Shown here piece by piece: positions 25,925-40,400 of a stretch of 64,000 bases of DNA (position 1 is its first letter; each line of letters opens with the position of its first letter). This stretch comes from Lingula anatina (Eukaryota > Animalia > Brachiopoda), in assembly GCA_051362555.1 (NCBI GenBank), contig CM120640.1, positions 12,958,001 to 13,022,000 on the forward strand, written 5' to 3'. Below the pieces are notes generated by a model that had not been told where the DNA came from, ran no database searches, and saw only the letters and a program-made list of their open reading frames with translations. Both the position numbers and the translations under genes were made by a program.

Positions 25925-28900
25925 GTAAGATTCTTTTAGTGAATGTATTTCCTAGGAACACTTTCAGAATAGAACTTTATACAAGATAAATCCATGATAT
26001 TTCACTTCAAAAGAATTAGCAATAGACTAATCTATTAGTCACATATTTTTTCTACATAAAATGGATACAATAATTCATTTAATTGGCCTAATTTTCAGGT
26101 TTTTGAGGAAAAGTTCTCTGATTCCCCCCTTCCCCCTTTTTGGGTATAAAATGAGGGTATCTCTGTTTTGAAATTGTTTATTATTGACAATATGTTGATA
26201 GGAATTTGGTGTACCCCTTTAAAAAAAAAAACTAATGTATGATATAAGTGTCTATGGAAAGTGTAAATGAATAAAATGAAGTCTGTGCGATGACAGAGTA
26301 TGAACCCTGTTACTCATTTTTGAAATTTTCATTGTATGAAGTTAAAGTTGAATGAATCATTGAATTTGATGAATGTTGGTGTCTCAGTTAGATTTTAGTA
26401 TGTTTTTCCTAGTGACAAGTTGAATCGGGGAAAAAATTATAGCTATTAATGAAATTATTTTTTTCCTGTGTTATTCATGTAAATGGTGTACATGTAAACC
26501 TGCTCGTTTTAACCCATTTTGTCAGGAGTTCCAAGTTTTTAGTTGATCTGCATGTACAATATTCGCATTAACATGTATTCCTGTACAATAACTGTTAGGG
26601 CTTTCAAAGGTTAGAAATTCAATATCTGATTTATTTTTATACATGATATAAGTGCAGGTTCAGATATGTTCATAATGGAAGTATTATATACAGAACTAAA
26701 ATGTACTAAGGTGTGCTTTAAATAGGCAATTTATTTTAGAGGTGGATGTATAGTAGATGATTAAGAATTAAAGTGTCACATGTTTAAGATATGTTTTGTA
26801 ATCAATATTGTCATTTGTGGTTAGCAAAATTTTTTCATGCAATTTTTCAAATAGAAATTGGAAGCATACTGAAAATTGATCAGGATCAGGGCTAAGGGTG
26901 ACCGTAACTTAGCAACAGTTAGCTTTTATATATAAATATACCTACACATATATATGCAATCTTCATTAAATGGAACTGTTGTGTGTGGGCATAAGGTATA
27001 TAATATTATTGTGAAGAAATTGCAAATGGAAAGGACTTGTTAATGTGTCATTCTCAGTTGACAATGTCATCAAGTATTGCCAGGTAGAGCATGTACACCT
27101 GCTGGGGGACTGGGAATTGATTTTTCCTCCCACCAAACAAGTGCAGACTGTATTCAATATGACAGAATAAATAATAAAAAAAGGATCAATGTATCTTATG
27201 GACTGCATTAATTAGCACACAGACTCTGTACTTGGAGTTTGTTTTAAATGTCACATTATACAGTTTTCATCTGTATATTGTATTGTCAGACCCATTGTTC
27301 AGGGATTGACAGAACAAGGAAGGTAACCAGAACATGATTATGTCCTCATTATTGCATTAGTTACTGCGTGTATTGGTGAAGGCACGGTGTAGCCACAGTC
27401 TCAACCCAATATTGAACAGATAATGTGGCCTTTTATGATTGGAGGGTTCTCAGGTGATTGGCAGCTGGGGAGCAGAGTGGTATCTCATGATGCAGATAAC
27501 ATTCTCTTATCAGCAAGATATGACTGTTGTGTAGCTTGATTTGCTGCATCCTGGCGCATGTCTCATTATGATTTATCTTGCCCTCTTTTGCATTTCTTGG
27601 CATTTTAAAGGAAAGGAAAAAATATATCCTAAATGATGTGACTTTCAGCTATTTACCTTTCTTTCCCTATGCAAGAAATTTTGTTGAATTCTAGCCATCT
27701 TCTTGATGTATTGAGGAATTGAATTTTTTTATGAAGTCTGGAAATCAATATGATTAAAAAAGGGACAAATCGTTGTCCAACTTTGGTTTTATTGACCCTG
27801 GTGACTGCACATTCATTTGAGTTCAAATGAATGAACATTCTATGTTTCACCATTCCTTTATGAGGATGGATGCAATTTCTGCTGTATGATACATGCACAT
27901 GCAGAAACTAATACACAGGAAAAATTTGAAGAAAAAATATGATTCCTTTCTTTTGTGAAAAAATATGTAATGATTTTCAAACTGTGATATTTCCCAGCAG
28001 TGCATTTTATTTATAAATGCAAATTTTTTTGTAACAGTTTTTTGTAACTCTGACAGATTCACCAGTGTTGGGGAAGGCTAACATACCCACAGATTCTGAG
28101 GGACGAGTTGAGCCTTGCATTTTAAAAGTAAGACCAGGCTTATTACAAGCTGTTAGTTGGAGTTGGTTTTGAATTTATGTCTGAATGATATCTGGTTTGC
28201 AGGCTTAAAAAACTGCACCAGTGGATGGCAAGATTGTAGAAGCTATCATGCAACATTGCACAGGTGGAGTTGTATCCAAAAATCTATCATTATTGACTGG
28301 CACTGCTATAGTTTTCTGTGGTTAGTCTCAGTTAAATGACCCGTGATGGCAGCTTCAGTTCCTTTGTTGCCCAACTATTTGATATTAACCAATTTTTGTG
28401 AATTTTTCATTAATGATATTGACCTCTGTCTGGAATTGTAGCTGAAGCATTTCTTTGATGTAGACTGGGGCATGTTTGTGGTTGTTTGTCGCCAGATGGA
28501 AAGGTATTGATATCCTATATTTCCCAGGTCACGGTGGGGCAGGGTACAGGTGAAAAAGGCTGAGGGCTTACCAGATACAAAATGGTTATTTCTTATATTG
28601 ATGAGAGGCGTAGAAAAAAATGGCCTCTGGCAAACCTGCTTCAAGTGCTTTTCCAATGTATTTTGCAACATTTTGGTGAATTTGTAGTGAAGAAAAGATA
28701 TTATGAATAAAACCTGAATATTTCTTACCTGCAGTGGTTTGTGTCAGTTGTGATAGGATTAAAACTAGGTGATTTATTTTAATTGTTTCCTAGCCTTATT
28801 TAAATCATGTCAGGTATCACTTAATTAGTCAAACAGTTGTATGTTAATAGAGGATACCTACTCTACAAACATTGTAAATGTGGATACCTGATAGACCCTC

Positions 28901-31439
28901 TGGACTTGATTACCATTTTTGTAACAGAGATTTTTCACTTTTTCTCCAAGATAAAATTGCAAGCACAGACTTCTGTTGCATAGAAAAGAATACTTGCTAT
29001 AATGGGCTTGTAACATTTAGTTGAATAAACAGGTTTCATGTTTTTAACATGTTCTAGTCTGCCTTTATGCAATAATCAAGAGCTGTCATATTTTTGTGCC
29101 ATTTATACTGTAGAAATGACATCCACACTGACGCTGTTCTTAATGTTGAACAATAGGAATTGTATCCTCCAGTCTAAAAATTGTTTCCATTTCATTTCTG
29201 AGAAAGCCTTGGGTGTAATCAATTTGAATTGTTTTTTATTATATTGTGAAAAGTAAGTGGCTTTCTTTGAATCATTAAAATGCCCTGAAGCTTGAGAAAA
29301 ATAACACATTGGTTTCTTGTTCAATGTATAAAAAAGGGTGCTGGGAACAGGCCCTTCTATTAAAAAAAAAAGAGTATTCAGACAGATGTGAAGAAATCAG
29401 TTCTAAGCATTTTGAGGGGACAAGGTAACATTTTTTCAACAAAAATGATCTTATTAATGTAGATCTCAGTCTGTTAGTTCAATACAAAACCTATGGAAAT
29501 CTCAAAATGCCTGCTGTATTGACCATACAGAAGATTCCCTGGAGTGGGTAATAAACTTTAGTGCTAGAACTGTTAATTTAGCAGGGGCTTCCTGAATAAT
29601 TTACACCTGGTCTTAATGAAAGCGATGCAGAGACTAATCTGCCTGGAATTGCAAGTGCAGAGGTTTCAGTTGTTTGCGTATTCTTATGTGATTATATGGT
29701 CACCCAACTGTCAGTGTGTCATGCATCATATTTTGTCATTGGAAGCTTAGAAATGTTGCAACATTTGTTTGCGCAAATGAACATTTTTTTAAGGTTTGAC
29801 TGAGCCAAGTCATTTTGATTTAGTCAAGATTGTGACTTAGGGGTCTGTAAATGTAGAAGTTGCTCAAACTTAATAGGAAAGTATTTGTTTCAAAATACTG
29901 CAATTCTGATTGACAATTATTATATATTTAAATATAAAGTTAAATTTGCACTCTGTAGGGAAACTCACCTTGAACTCAAGATGGAATACATAAGAGGTAA
30001 ATGATTTCGTATAGAAGGTAAAATCTTAAGTCATGGTTAATTGCTTCCCTGAATAATGGCCCTTTTTTTTTTTTTTGGATATGTATTTTTAACGTAGTTA
30101 GTGTGAAGTAATTATGCCTGTCTTAAACATATATAAGATATGCAAGTGATCTGATTAGTATATTAATGTCAAAAAGAAGGGCAAATCAGCTATAGGTTTT
30201 TTTAAATACCCATCATGACACAAGAAAAGGAAGTATCCTTGCCAACCACAGCATACTAAAACTTTCATGAATTGGAGACTGCTCACTCCAGTGTTAAAGG
30301 GAAGAGTGACAGTTGCTGGTTAATTAATGCAGGTTCCCAAGGTAGTGCACTTTGTCTCACACTCCTGAATTGCAGGAAGTAAAATGTTCAGTGGATGATG
30401 AATTGAAATGAGATTAAATAGTAAGAAAACATGATATTGACTTGGTTGTAGATTCTCATGTGCTTATATGGGTATTTTTGCAAAATAAGATTTTGCCTGG
30501 CCTAAGACAACACTTTTTTATTTTTATTTTTATTACTTTTTTTATGAAGTTAAGCATAGATATGCCAAGATTGGATTTAATATGACAGATATTAATACTT
30601 ATGACCGTAGCTGATCTTTCCGTCACTTAATATAGCTATTCTCCAGATATATTTTGTAAATAGGGCGTGGACCAAGAGCAGTATATTAAAGCACTCGACA
30701 CTTCTTCAGAGATGATAATATAAAATCCATTTATGATTTATGTCATTTTACGTGGTCATTGTAATGTCTTTTTCATGCAAATATTTGCCCATCTTTTGCT
30801 AGATGCACTTTGTTCTTGACTATAATCAATGTGTTTGGATAAGATTGGGGTTTTCTCATTAAAAGCAGTCGGAAATTTATATTGTGGATGCTAATTTGAA
30901 TACCAGTCAATAATCCCCTTTTGTCAAACTCTAGATATGTATTTGTGCCCTGAACTTAGTTTAAGTTCGCCGTTAAGAAATTATACTCGCACCAGAGGAG
31001 TGACTTGTGTTCTTCTGCATTGAAATGATGGATAGCAGAGTTGCTGGATATTTATTTTGCAAACAAGATGTTTTTCGCATGTTTACCTTTATCCTCGTCA
31101 TCCATCTGCCTTATTTGGAGTTCAGCATTGATGAAGCCATCATTATTATAATTAGACCGACTTGTGATAGCCTATGAGATGATTTGATTGTGGTCACATG
31201 GGGCTTGTTAATTTGCTAGACAATCACCTGCCTGCCTTGCACCTATTGGCTAACATGTGGCTTGTATTGTGTATTGTTCAGGTATAAAACCACAATCACC
31301 AGACCCAAGCCCCGGTCCTCAGAGGTCTCCAGCAGAAACAAAGGGCAGTCATTTGTGTGAAGACCCACAGAAAAAGACTGCTGCTGCCAGGTGAAATTCT
31401 TATTCAACCCCAGTTGTGTTTTTCTGAAGTGAAAGCAAG

Positions 31440-34400
31440 ATGGCTGATGATAGCAACATTCAGTCAGGTGAGAACTTTGATTTCCTACTGTTTTATTGTT
31501 GTGAATGAAACTTTCTGAAAGATAACATTTTAAGTTGCAGAATGGACTAGTGGCTTGTTCTCGGACAAGTTGCTGTCTAGAAACCTAAGAACTGTTGTGC
31601 TTAATACTGTGAATTAGAAATTTGAAAGTGGAAATATCTGCTCTTGAATGTGATTGGATATTATGCAAAGATAAAAAATAACTTTCAGTGCAGAACTATT
31701 TAAGTATTACTTTTGTGCATTTTCATAATCATTAATGCATTATGTCATGTTATTGCCTTGTGTTTTGTATTTGACAAAAATGTGGTAAGTCTTAATGGGG
31801 AAATGTGTTGAGCGTAATGCCCCATGGCAATGAGGGAGAAGGTAAGATAGAAGGCTGCAGCTGCCAGGTGTCAATGAAGATCATCAGGTGGATTCATAGA
31901 TGCAAGATGGAATTTTCCAAGAATACCAATTCATCAACATTTCAGGAAGATTTTTTTTATTGAAAAACATATATACATTTATTTCAAGAATCTGGTTTTG
32001 CTTTATGTTTGATTTCAGGTGCTGTGAAAGGAACACATTGAAGGAGATTTTTAGATTTCTTTTTAAGGTTAAGATTCGAAGAGTCCTTGAAATAGTTCTT
32101 GCCACTTAAAGCCAACTTTCATAGTTCATTTGGTATACTGCAGCAAAAGACCATGTTAGTAAAAAAACTATAACTCTGGGAGAAATCATAGTAAAGATCG
32201 CCCTTAAAAGTATTCTCTGTAGCCTTTCAGTATTAGAACATGTTGCCATAGGATAAATACCATGTTTGGATTGACTTCTTTGCCTGGCACATGTTGATGA
32301 GGTCTTTAGTCATAAATACAGGAAAACATTTCAGGTGTAAATGGCCAGAACAGGTTGTCTGAAGAACATAATTGCTGGAAAATGTGTCTTGATGAGTGGG
32401 GAAGGTTAATGGGAAGTGGTTCTAGCTAGTAGGGCTTCTTGTATTGTAAATTTGTAACCTTTTGAGCTGTGGAACTGACTTTTTAAAGAATGGTTAGTTG
32501 TGCTGCTTATACTCAGCATGTTTGCTTTTCTGCCATTCTGATAATGTTTGACACTGCAGCTCTACATATTTATGAAGGAAACTGACCACTTGGCTGACCA
32601 CTACTTTTAATTTGTTTCCAGCAGTTTGACTTGCTGTTTGCTAATATTTGTTTGAGGCCTCATTTCTGGTACTGCAGCGGTCACATTATGAGTTAATAGT
32701 AGGAATGAAAGTATTCTCCCTTTTTGTAAGTCCATCAGCCCAGTCTAATCAATTCTGCATACAGAACATGCAAAACACTTTTAGTGAATAGAATTTGAAT
32801 TTTTTTGTGTGGTGAAAATCAATGTCAGTTTCAGTTCTTTATTGAAAATTTTGTTTTCTATTAACAAAAAAATTGAGCAGTGCAAAGTTCTAGACTGCCT
32901 CAGCAATTTTTTTTACAGCAGGTGAGTTTCCTATGGATTTCCAATAGCTGATTAAGGTGGTGAAATGCCACACATCTGTTCCTAAAGAACTCCACCAAAG
33001 AAATTCCGCTGGGAATCAATTGGTTAAAGAATCTTAAAATATTTATAGGAATGATTTTATATCAATATAGTATGTCAAACGAGCTGAGGAGCCGTAGTAG
33101 TCGACGTGGCATAGAAATCAATAGCTATTCTTTTCCAATCCATTCTGCTGCAGAATAGCTACAGCTGTATTTGTTAGTCAAGTGGCTTGAGTGTAGGCTG
33201 AACGTCAGGGGATTGCAAGGCACTGTTAAAGAGAGCTGTTTTAATGTACATGGCATTGATTTCTGAAATTGTTCTGAAATGTGTATGCTATGCTAGGAAA
33301 TCGGGAGACTGAGAAATGTGATACAGCGCAAATTTGTTTCTATTCCATTTATTTGCCTTTGATACCTTGTCTGTTGTTGGTTGGTATTAGTAAACTTTGC
33401 CACCTCTGATTAAAAATAAACTATAACCTCCTGTTCCAATTTTCTTTTATGGATTTCTGTCTTTGTTCTTGATCAAAAGCCTTTCATTTACACGTGGAAA
33501 TTAGCAAAGTTATCCAGTAAATTAAGTTATTTTAATTTGCATTAAATAAAAAGAAATCCCTGCCTTTTTGTGTTCTGTATTTTGCTGGAGCTTTGGAAGT
33601 CGAGTGTGATTTGCCTGTTGCTGGAATGTTAAATGTTATAGTGATTTCAAGGGGGGGGGGGGGGGGGGATTTTCTAAATCATGTAATACAAATTTTACAC
33701 ACCAGCACCAGTTCATTTCATGGGGTGTATCAACCAACTGAATACTAAAAATTCAAGGAGGCAAGGGAAAACTAATTTTCCCAGAACACTCAATGATTGT
33801 TAAGTATTTAGAACTGATTGTATGTCAGGTAGCAGAAGAACATTGGGTCAGGTGTCTGCTGCAGCTGTGTGCATGTGGTTGGTAAGGAAATAATAGATGT
33901 GTCAGCGTATAGAGTGGTGCAGTGGAGTGAAAAATCCATGTTATCTGCTGCAAATTGAATGGTCTGGTCTCCAAAGGCTTGTTGCTACTCGTTGATGGAT
34001 TACAGCTATTGTTCTGCAGGAATTGAAGAAAATCAATTAGTGGAACTTGGGTTAGAGGATGTTGAAGATCTGCACTAACTTCAGGTGGCTCGGTTGGCTT
34101 GTTCAGATGATACGATAACATGGTTCGATCATCATAGTAATCTGGTAGTTTGCTTCAGTTGCTGTTCTCATTGTACACGGCATTTTAGTACAAAGTGCTG
34201 TTGTATTTGTCTTACAGTCTGGTACAGCAGTGGTCAAAAGCTTGCTTGGTTGAAGCTGGTCAAGAGAATAAGTCTTCATTGCTTGAGATTAGGGAAAGAT
34301 TATCGAACTAGATCATTTGGATTTATCTTTGTATTCATATTTCCTGACAGAGCTAATGCCTGTGACATTTATATTGACACAGTGTTGCTAGCTTTCATGA

Positions 34401-37400
34401 GCACAGGTAATTTGTTCAGACCTAATATTTCTCTTTAATGGAATAGGGGGGTTGCAGTAGCAATCAATATCATAAAGGCAGAAGTGGGGTGTTAATGGGT
34501 TTCTGATTAATCCGTTCTGATATTTTTTTCTGAGAAATGATTTGAACCATATGACGGTTTCAGGTAGAGAAATGAAACAGGAAACTATCTAGCGTTGCTT
34601 GGTCATGAGTGCACTGTCATTTTTTGTGGTTACAGAGGATGGTCTTAGGGAGCTGAAGGTTTTGCGGTATTTATCACACAAGGTATATGTGGTGATGTTT
34701 CAGTTTCAGCACCCATTTTTATTGCACAGGCATGGCTGTCAGAGAAGCTTTCACCCATTTGGCTATGGTGACTGCAATTGGTTATCAATATGTCCTAGTC
34801 TTTTACAATCAAACCTGTGCGTCACTTCCTATACTGCACATATAGCTTTGTCAATATTGAAAAGTGCCGCTTTCCATGGCAGATATTGATCTAATTAGTG
34901 GCATGGCCAAGAACAATGTGTTAGCTCTGTGAGCTTAGTGACAGGAAGATCTGATGGATATGCAATTAACTGTCCTTGCTACACATTCTTGTTGGTTTGT
35001 TGTAAAAAGGAAAATTGTAGTTTTTTTAATGTTTTTTTTATTAGAAAACGAGGAAATTGCAGAGAAATAAGTGACAGCATCCGCATCCTGAATACATATG
35101 ATATTTCCTTGGAAATTAAGACTTTTTTCTTTGATGTAAAGCAGAAATGCAATTTTTTCTTGGCTTTTTTTTTTTTTTTTTTTTTTTTTTTTGTAACTTA
35201 AGCAACCTGAGATCCCTGTCCATAAAGTAATTTCGACCTTAAATTTTTTTTACAACCAAAAAAAAAGGTCTGATGCCTGTAAAATGCCTTCAGTCAGGAC
35301 CTGCTTATCTAGTGTGTGTGGTTCTGTTCAGTGAATTCTTTGGATAGAATTAAGAGGCCTTTGAGAAATTGAAAATAATAATAATGACCGTCAGAGCAAG
35401 ACAAATGATATACAATCTTTTAGATAATACCAGTCTGATTATGCCAATGTGAGACATCTGAGTAGTTGAAAATGATATTGGTTTCTACCTAAGGAAAAAA
35501 AAGGTGAAGGATTTGTATTGGAAAGCCAACTGCACTGTGATATAAGCCTAGATTTAATAAATCTGTATGTTCTGTTGTCAGCTGGTGATAATAATGTCCT
35601 GGGTGTTTACAAGCAGCATCCTGTGCTAGGAAATGAAAGTTGTGGCTGAAAATCGGAGCTGGAGGATGAGGAAGATTTGTTACATCATCACGGAGTTGAT
35701 CATGCTAATTTGAAATTATCTTGTGCTGATACATATTTCTTAATGAGATGGCACAAAGACACGGAATTTGTGGAGATTTGTTGATTTTTCTTTTATTGTA
35801 ATTTTTATTTTTAACTATTTTGCAGCTGATGCATTTTTTATTTGCACCACCAACTTGTGGCTACTGTTGGTTGATATAACATGCTTAGCAGGAACTCTGA
35901 AGGCCTTCACCTTGTAGAGCTTTTGGTGTTATAAGTTTTCAGTTTTTGATTTTCTCTCCAGGAATTAAACGCAGTGCCAGCTCAGAAGACTTGGAAGAAG
36001 GTGGAGCAATCAAAAGGCCCAGGAGAGGGGATGGTCCAAGAACAGAATTGCGCTTGTTGTTAGCTAGCAAGGTAAGAAAATGTCTGTTTAGATTAACTAC
36101 ACTTTATTTTTAAGAGAAATGAAACAGAGAGACATTTTGCATTTAGTAATGTATTTGGTCTTTTCTAAGAAAATATATAGATATTTGTAATTATGTTAAA
36201 AATAATGATTTATCCTCCTTAATTGCAGAATGCTGGAGCCATCATCGGTAAAGGCGGTTCTAATATCAAGAGGCTGAGAAGTGATGTAAGTACATTATCA
36301 TACGTCAGCAAATTTGGTCCAGTCAGTGCCTTCTATTTTTAATCAGAGTAATTGGCCTAGGATCCCAAAGCTTGGGGCACCCAGTTTTCATCAAAAATTT
36401 ACACAAACCAGTTTCCACTTTAGTAGAATCTTGTAATTAATGACTTGTGAGATCACCTGTATATTTTCCAATAATTGGAAGCTGTGATCAATGAGAAGAG
36501 AGGTCTAATATAAGAAGCTGCATACACCATAAAGTAGATTATTATGTAGCCATTTCCATTCTTTGTAACAAAAAGGTCTCCAAATATTATGTGTATTATA
36601 TTCCACTGTTAGTTTTATTTATTGCCATTACATATGATAGCCTATAGTTGCAAATTTCTTTTTTTAAGAACTCCATATTTCCCTTTATGCTGAATTGAAA
36701 ACCTCTTTTTTAAAAAAGAAAAAAAATTGTGTGGTCTATTTTTGTAACATTGAGATTTTTCTCCTTTCCTTCTTTTTATTGAAGAAAAATTTAAAGAAAC
36801 ATGAAATTATTGCAATTTTTTAATGAACTGGTATTTGTTTTTCTATCTGATAGTTTAGTTGCCTTTCCTCCCAAGTTTTATAGGTCTTCTCCCACTTCAC
36901 AAAGAATACTGGTCGCCTTCTACTCCAGCCCGCCACAGAAGATCAGCCCTCCTGATGTTCATTCGCCAGGTCTGGTCTCCATCCCCAGGGTTCTCAGGTC
37001 CTACCCATGGGCCCAGGGTCACACAATGTGTTGCCCCACATGCTATTGAAGCTTGCACTCTGTGTTGATAACACCTCCATTTTTTCCCACTAGATTTAAA
37101 GCAGTTTTATGCCGAGTCACACTCAAGTACCGAACAGATTGAATTGCAAAAGTGTATACTTTGACCAGAAGATTAGACTTGAATATGCTAGTAATAAAGA
37201 GTTTAATTAACTTAATTTGTGTCCAAGCTATACAGGAAGTAATCATCTCCATCCTTTTCTCCCAGGACCCAACTGGTTTAATATAGCTTACCTTGGGGGA
37301 TCTTACATCCTTCTAAGTATTGTTTAATTAAGTCCATGTCTAATATTGTCCTTTTCTTTCTCCAGATTATGTACATGCAATAGCAGCTGCCCAGACTTGC

Positions 37401-40400
37401 AATTATATCATTTATGACCATCCAAATAGTTGGTTATTTTGTATATTTCATTCCACCACATTGAAATTTTAACAAATATTATTTTATTATGTGACCAAAT
37501 GATTATTGTTTATTCTCTCTTCTTTGTCTTCTCCCATATGGCCCTGCCCACCAATCTCCAACACATCCAATCTTGTTGTAATGTCCAACATCACATCATG
37601 ACCTTTGACATGTCCTTGACCTGACCTCGGATCATCTCCAACATGTCCGTCCTCGCTGCAGTACAATGCAAGTGTGACTGTCCCTGATAGCCACGGTCCA
37701 GAACGGTATGCCAGCCACAGGCCTTTATTCACCATGCTTATATTAGTAACTATGGTAACTCCTATATTGAATAAATAAAGAAAAAGGACCCCTCAGTGGC
37801 CGAAGTATAAAGCATGTGAAAAGCAAGAAGGAAAAGTGCAATTTCTTTAAAATCTGTTTAGCTGTATGGCAATTTTTTGGGGAAAATGCCATTGTTTTAG
37901 CCCGGTCCTTGCATTGTTTTCATAAATTTGAGATATTTACAGTCAGTATTTTCTTTCATTGCAATAACATTTTGTTAATAGTACCAAAGAAAAAAAATGG
38001 GAATCATTTGAGTGAATATAATTTCATGACTCAACATTTTAATGTTAACTTTGAGCATAAAGACACATTTTCCAAGTCATTAGAAATCACAGACATGTGG
38101 ATGTAAGTTGCCTGCCTGACATTTACACAAGTGACTCAATCTACTGTTACCTACCTATGAACAAGTTTTTTTTTCTTCCTTTTTATTTAGTATTCTCACA
38201 ATAGGAGCAGACTTGGGCACTGCATTGGAATGTCTTCTCGACATTATTCCAACCCTAGAAGATGTAAGTACACCTGGATTTTCCTAAAAGTTAGATTATG
38301 AACATTTGATAGCTTATATATATATATATATTCCTTTTTTGTCTTAACTCTCCTCATATGAGAGTACAAGGATATAAGACATAGCTAAAAGGTATATTTT
38401 GATATTAAATATCATTTTATAGATTAGAGACTGAATTTTTCGTCATGATGTGGAAGACTCTAAAATGTGGCTTAATTGACTGGCTTCAGGCAAATGTCAA
38501 AATCATGACTGAGCCTCATTTTGCTTTGTTACCCTGGCAACCACAAAAAAAAAGCCATGTGTAGGTGCTATTTTGCATGTTGTAGTGACTTTTATTTAGA
38601 TTTTTTTTGTTTGTTTGTTTTTCACTTTAATGGTGTGTGTTGGTATAGTTCGGGGGTGATGCTGGGATCTATTCATGTGTGTTGGAGTGCATGTTTGTTT
38701 TATGTGAAGATGTGAACATTGAGCTATAATCGTGGTTTTTCTTGAACATTTCCCCTTGTTATCAGATCACTACACTATCCATGTGGATGGATTCTAGTAA
38801 TAATTTCCAATTTTATCAGTCAAAAAACATACACTGCTGAAAATATAATTAATGTTTAGCAAATTCATCGTAGTTAATAGATAATGTGATCTCTCCCTAA
38901 AAACAAATAAATGGTTCAAGAAGGTTTCAGTTGTGATTATTTTCATTTGCAATTTGCTGGACATAGTTTTGGGTGTAACTGGGCATTTACGCACAGTTTT
39001 ATTAAGCTGAACTGAATGCATTGCCAGCACACAACTTTCTCATTACATTGTATAGTCCATGATTTTGGTTTTAGGGAACCCCAAGTTTATGCATGTTTGA
39101 AAGAGTATTGACATATCCAGTGGTTCTTGTATGACGTATTAATGAGCTACCTGACTTTGCCAAATTGACTATTGATATTTGATAATGGGTATTGTTGCAA
39201 TATTAGCTCAGCAAAGGTGGAGAATGAAACTGTAATGGGTTTATCATGAAATAATTATGCTCTGTACCCTGTTGCCTTTTGTTCCTTGTTCATTGGGATC
39301 TGCCGTTGCCATTGATTTTACCAACTGCTGTTGGTTCAAGCAGATGATTGTAACATATTCATTTTGTTTATTTTGTACTGAAGTGAGTGCAAGTCGAGAG
39401 TACAGTTGTGTTGTTGTATTGAAAAAGTTCCGTCTTCTCCAATACCTAATACCATGTTTATTGAAAATAAGTGTTCTTCATAGTTTTTCTAGTTCTACGT
39501 CTCCCCTTTTTTTTTTTTTAAGTTTGTTGTTTTGTCATTAGATTATCAGGTACAGAATGTTCTTTGGGCTAACATGCTGTCCTTGTATCAGTGACACGGC
39601 TATAAATGGAGGCTTTATTTAAATTATTCTTTGGAATTTGTTGAGCTGTATGATTGTATGACTGAACCATTAATGAGAGCACATGACACAGAACACATCT
39701 AGTGAAACCTGTCAGTTATTGAAGACACTTTAAAAAAAGACAGGCTTCATGATGACAATAATGAGAGCAGCATTTTTGTGACATGCTTAAAATCAATATG
39801 TTTTTAGCTTCTTGAAGTGTTTGTCATATAAAATTTACATCTAACAGTGAGTGATTTCTTCCTGTAGTTTCAGTTGTTTTTGTATTTCTCTTTGTCACTC
39901 TTTTACCTAACATTGATACTCAATACAGCAGATATTTTCCAGGACAATTTCTTCCTGGTAATTGGTAGATAGAAATGCTGTTTCCTGGGCAACCATGACT
40001 TAAGAAGGGATCATCATCCCTCCCTGTTGTGGAATAGGATTTCTTATGATTACACCTGTGACTGCTTATTTCTACATGTCACTTTATGACAAAAGTGAAA
40101 ATTATATAAGCCTGAATGATAATGTTTGTGTGTGTGTGTGTGTACATGTGTTTGTTTGTGTTTGCATGTGTATGACTTACATATATAAATGTATCCATTT
40201 CTTTAATTGAATGTGATTCAGATAGGGTTGGTACACTCAACATGTAAGATTTTTTTTCTGTGAATAGGATGTACCTCTGCTCCTTCAAAGTATGTTTCTG
40301 TGTGTGTATATTTGTAGTATTTATATTTCTTTTCTCAATGTAGTATCAGCAGTACAAAGGCTCAGATGACTTTGACTGTGAGATGCGCCTTCTTGTGCAC

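Noticed and set aside
33071-33166. Hairpin-AAATCA-hairpin-ACA arrangement resembling an H/ACA snoRNA
   Set aside because: Only about 95 nt and the second hairpin lacks an upper stem and pocket.
24600-35900. Many 60-120 aa ORFs in the long hnRNP K 5' introns
   Set aside because: Low-complexity AT-rich translations without recognisable domains or coherent splice structure.
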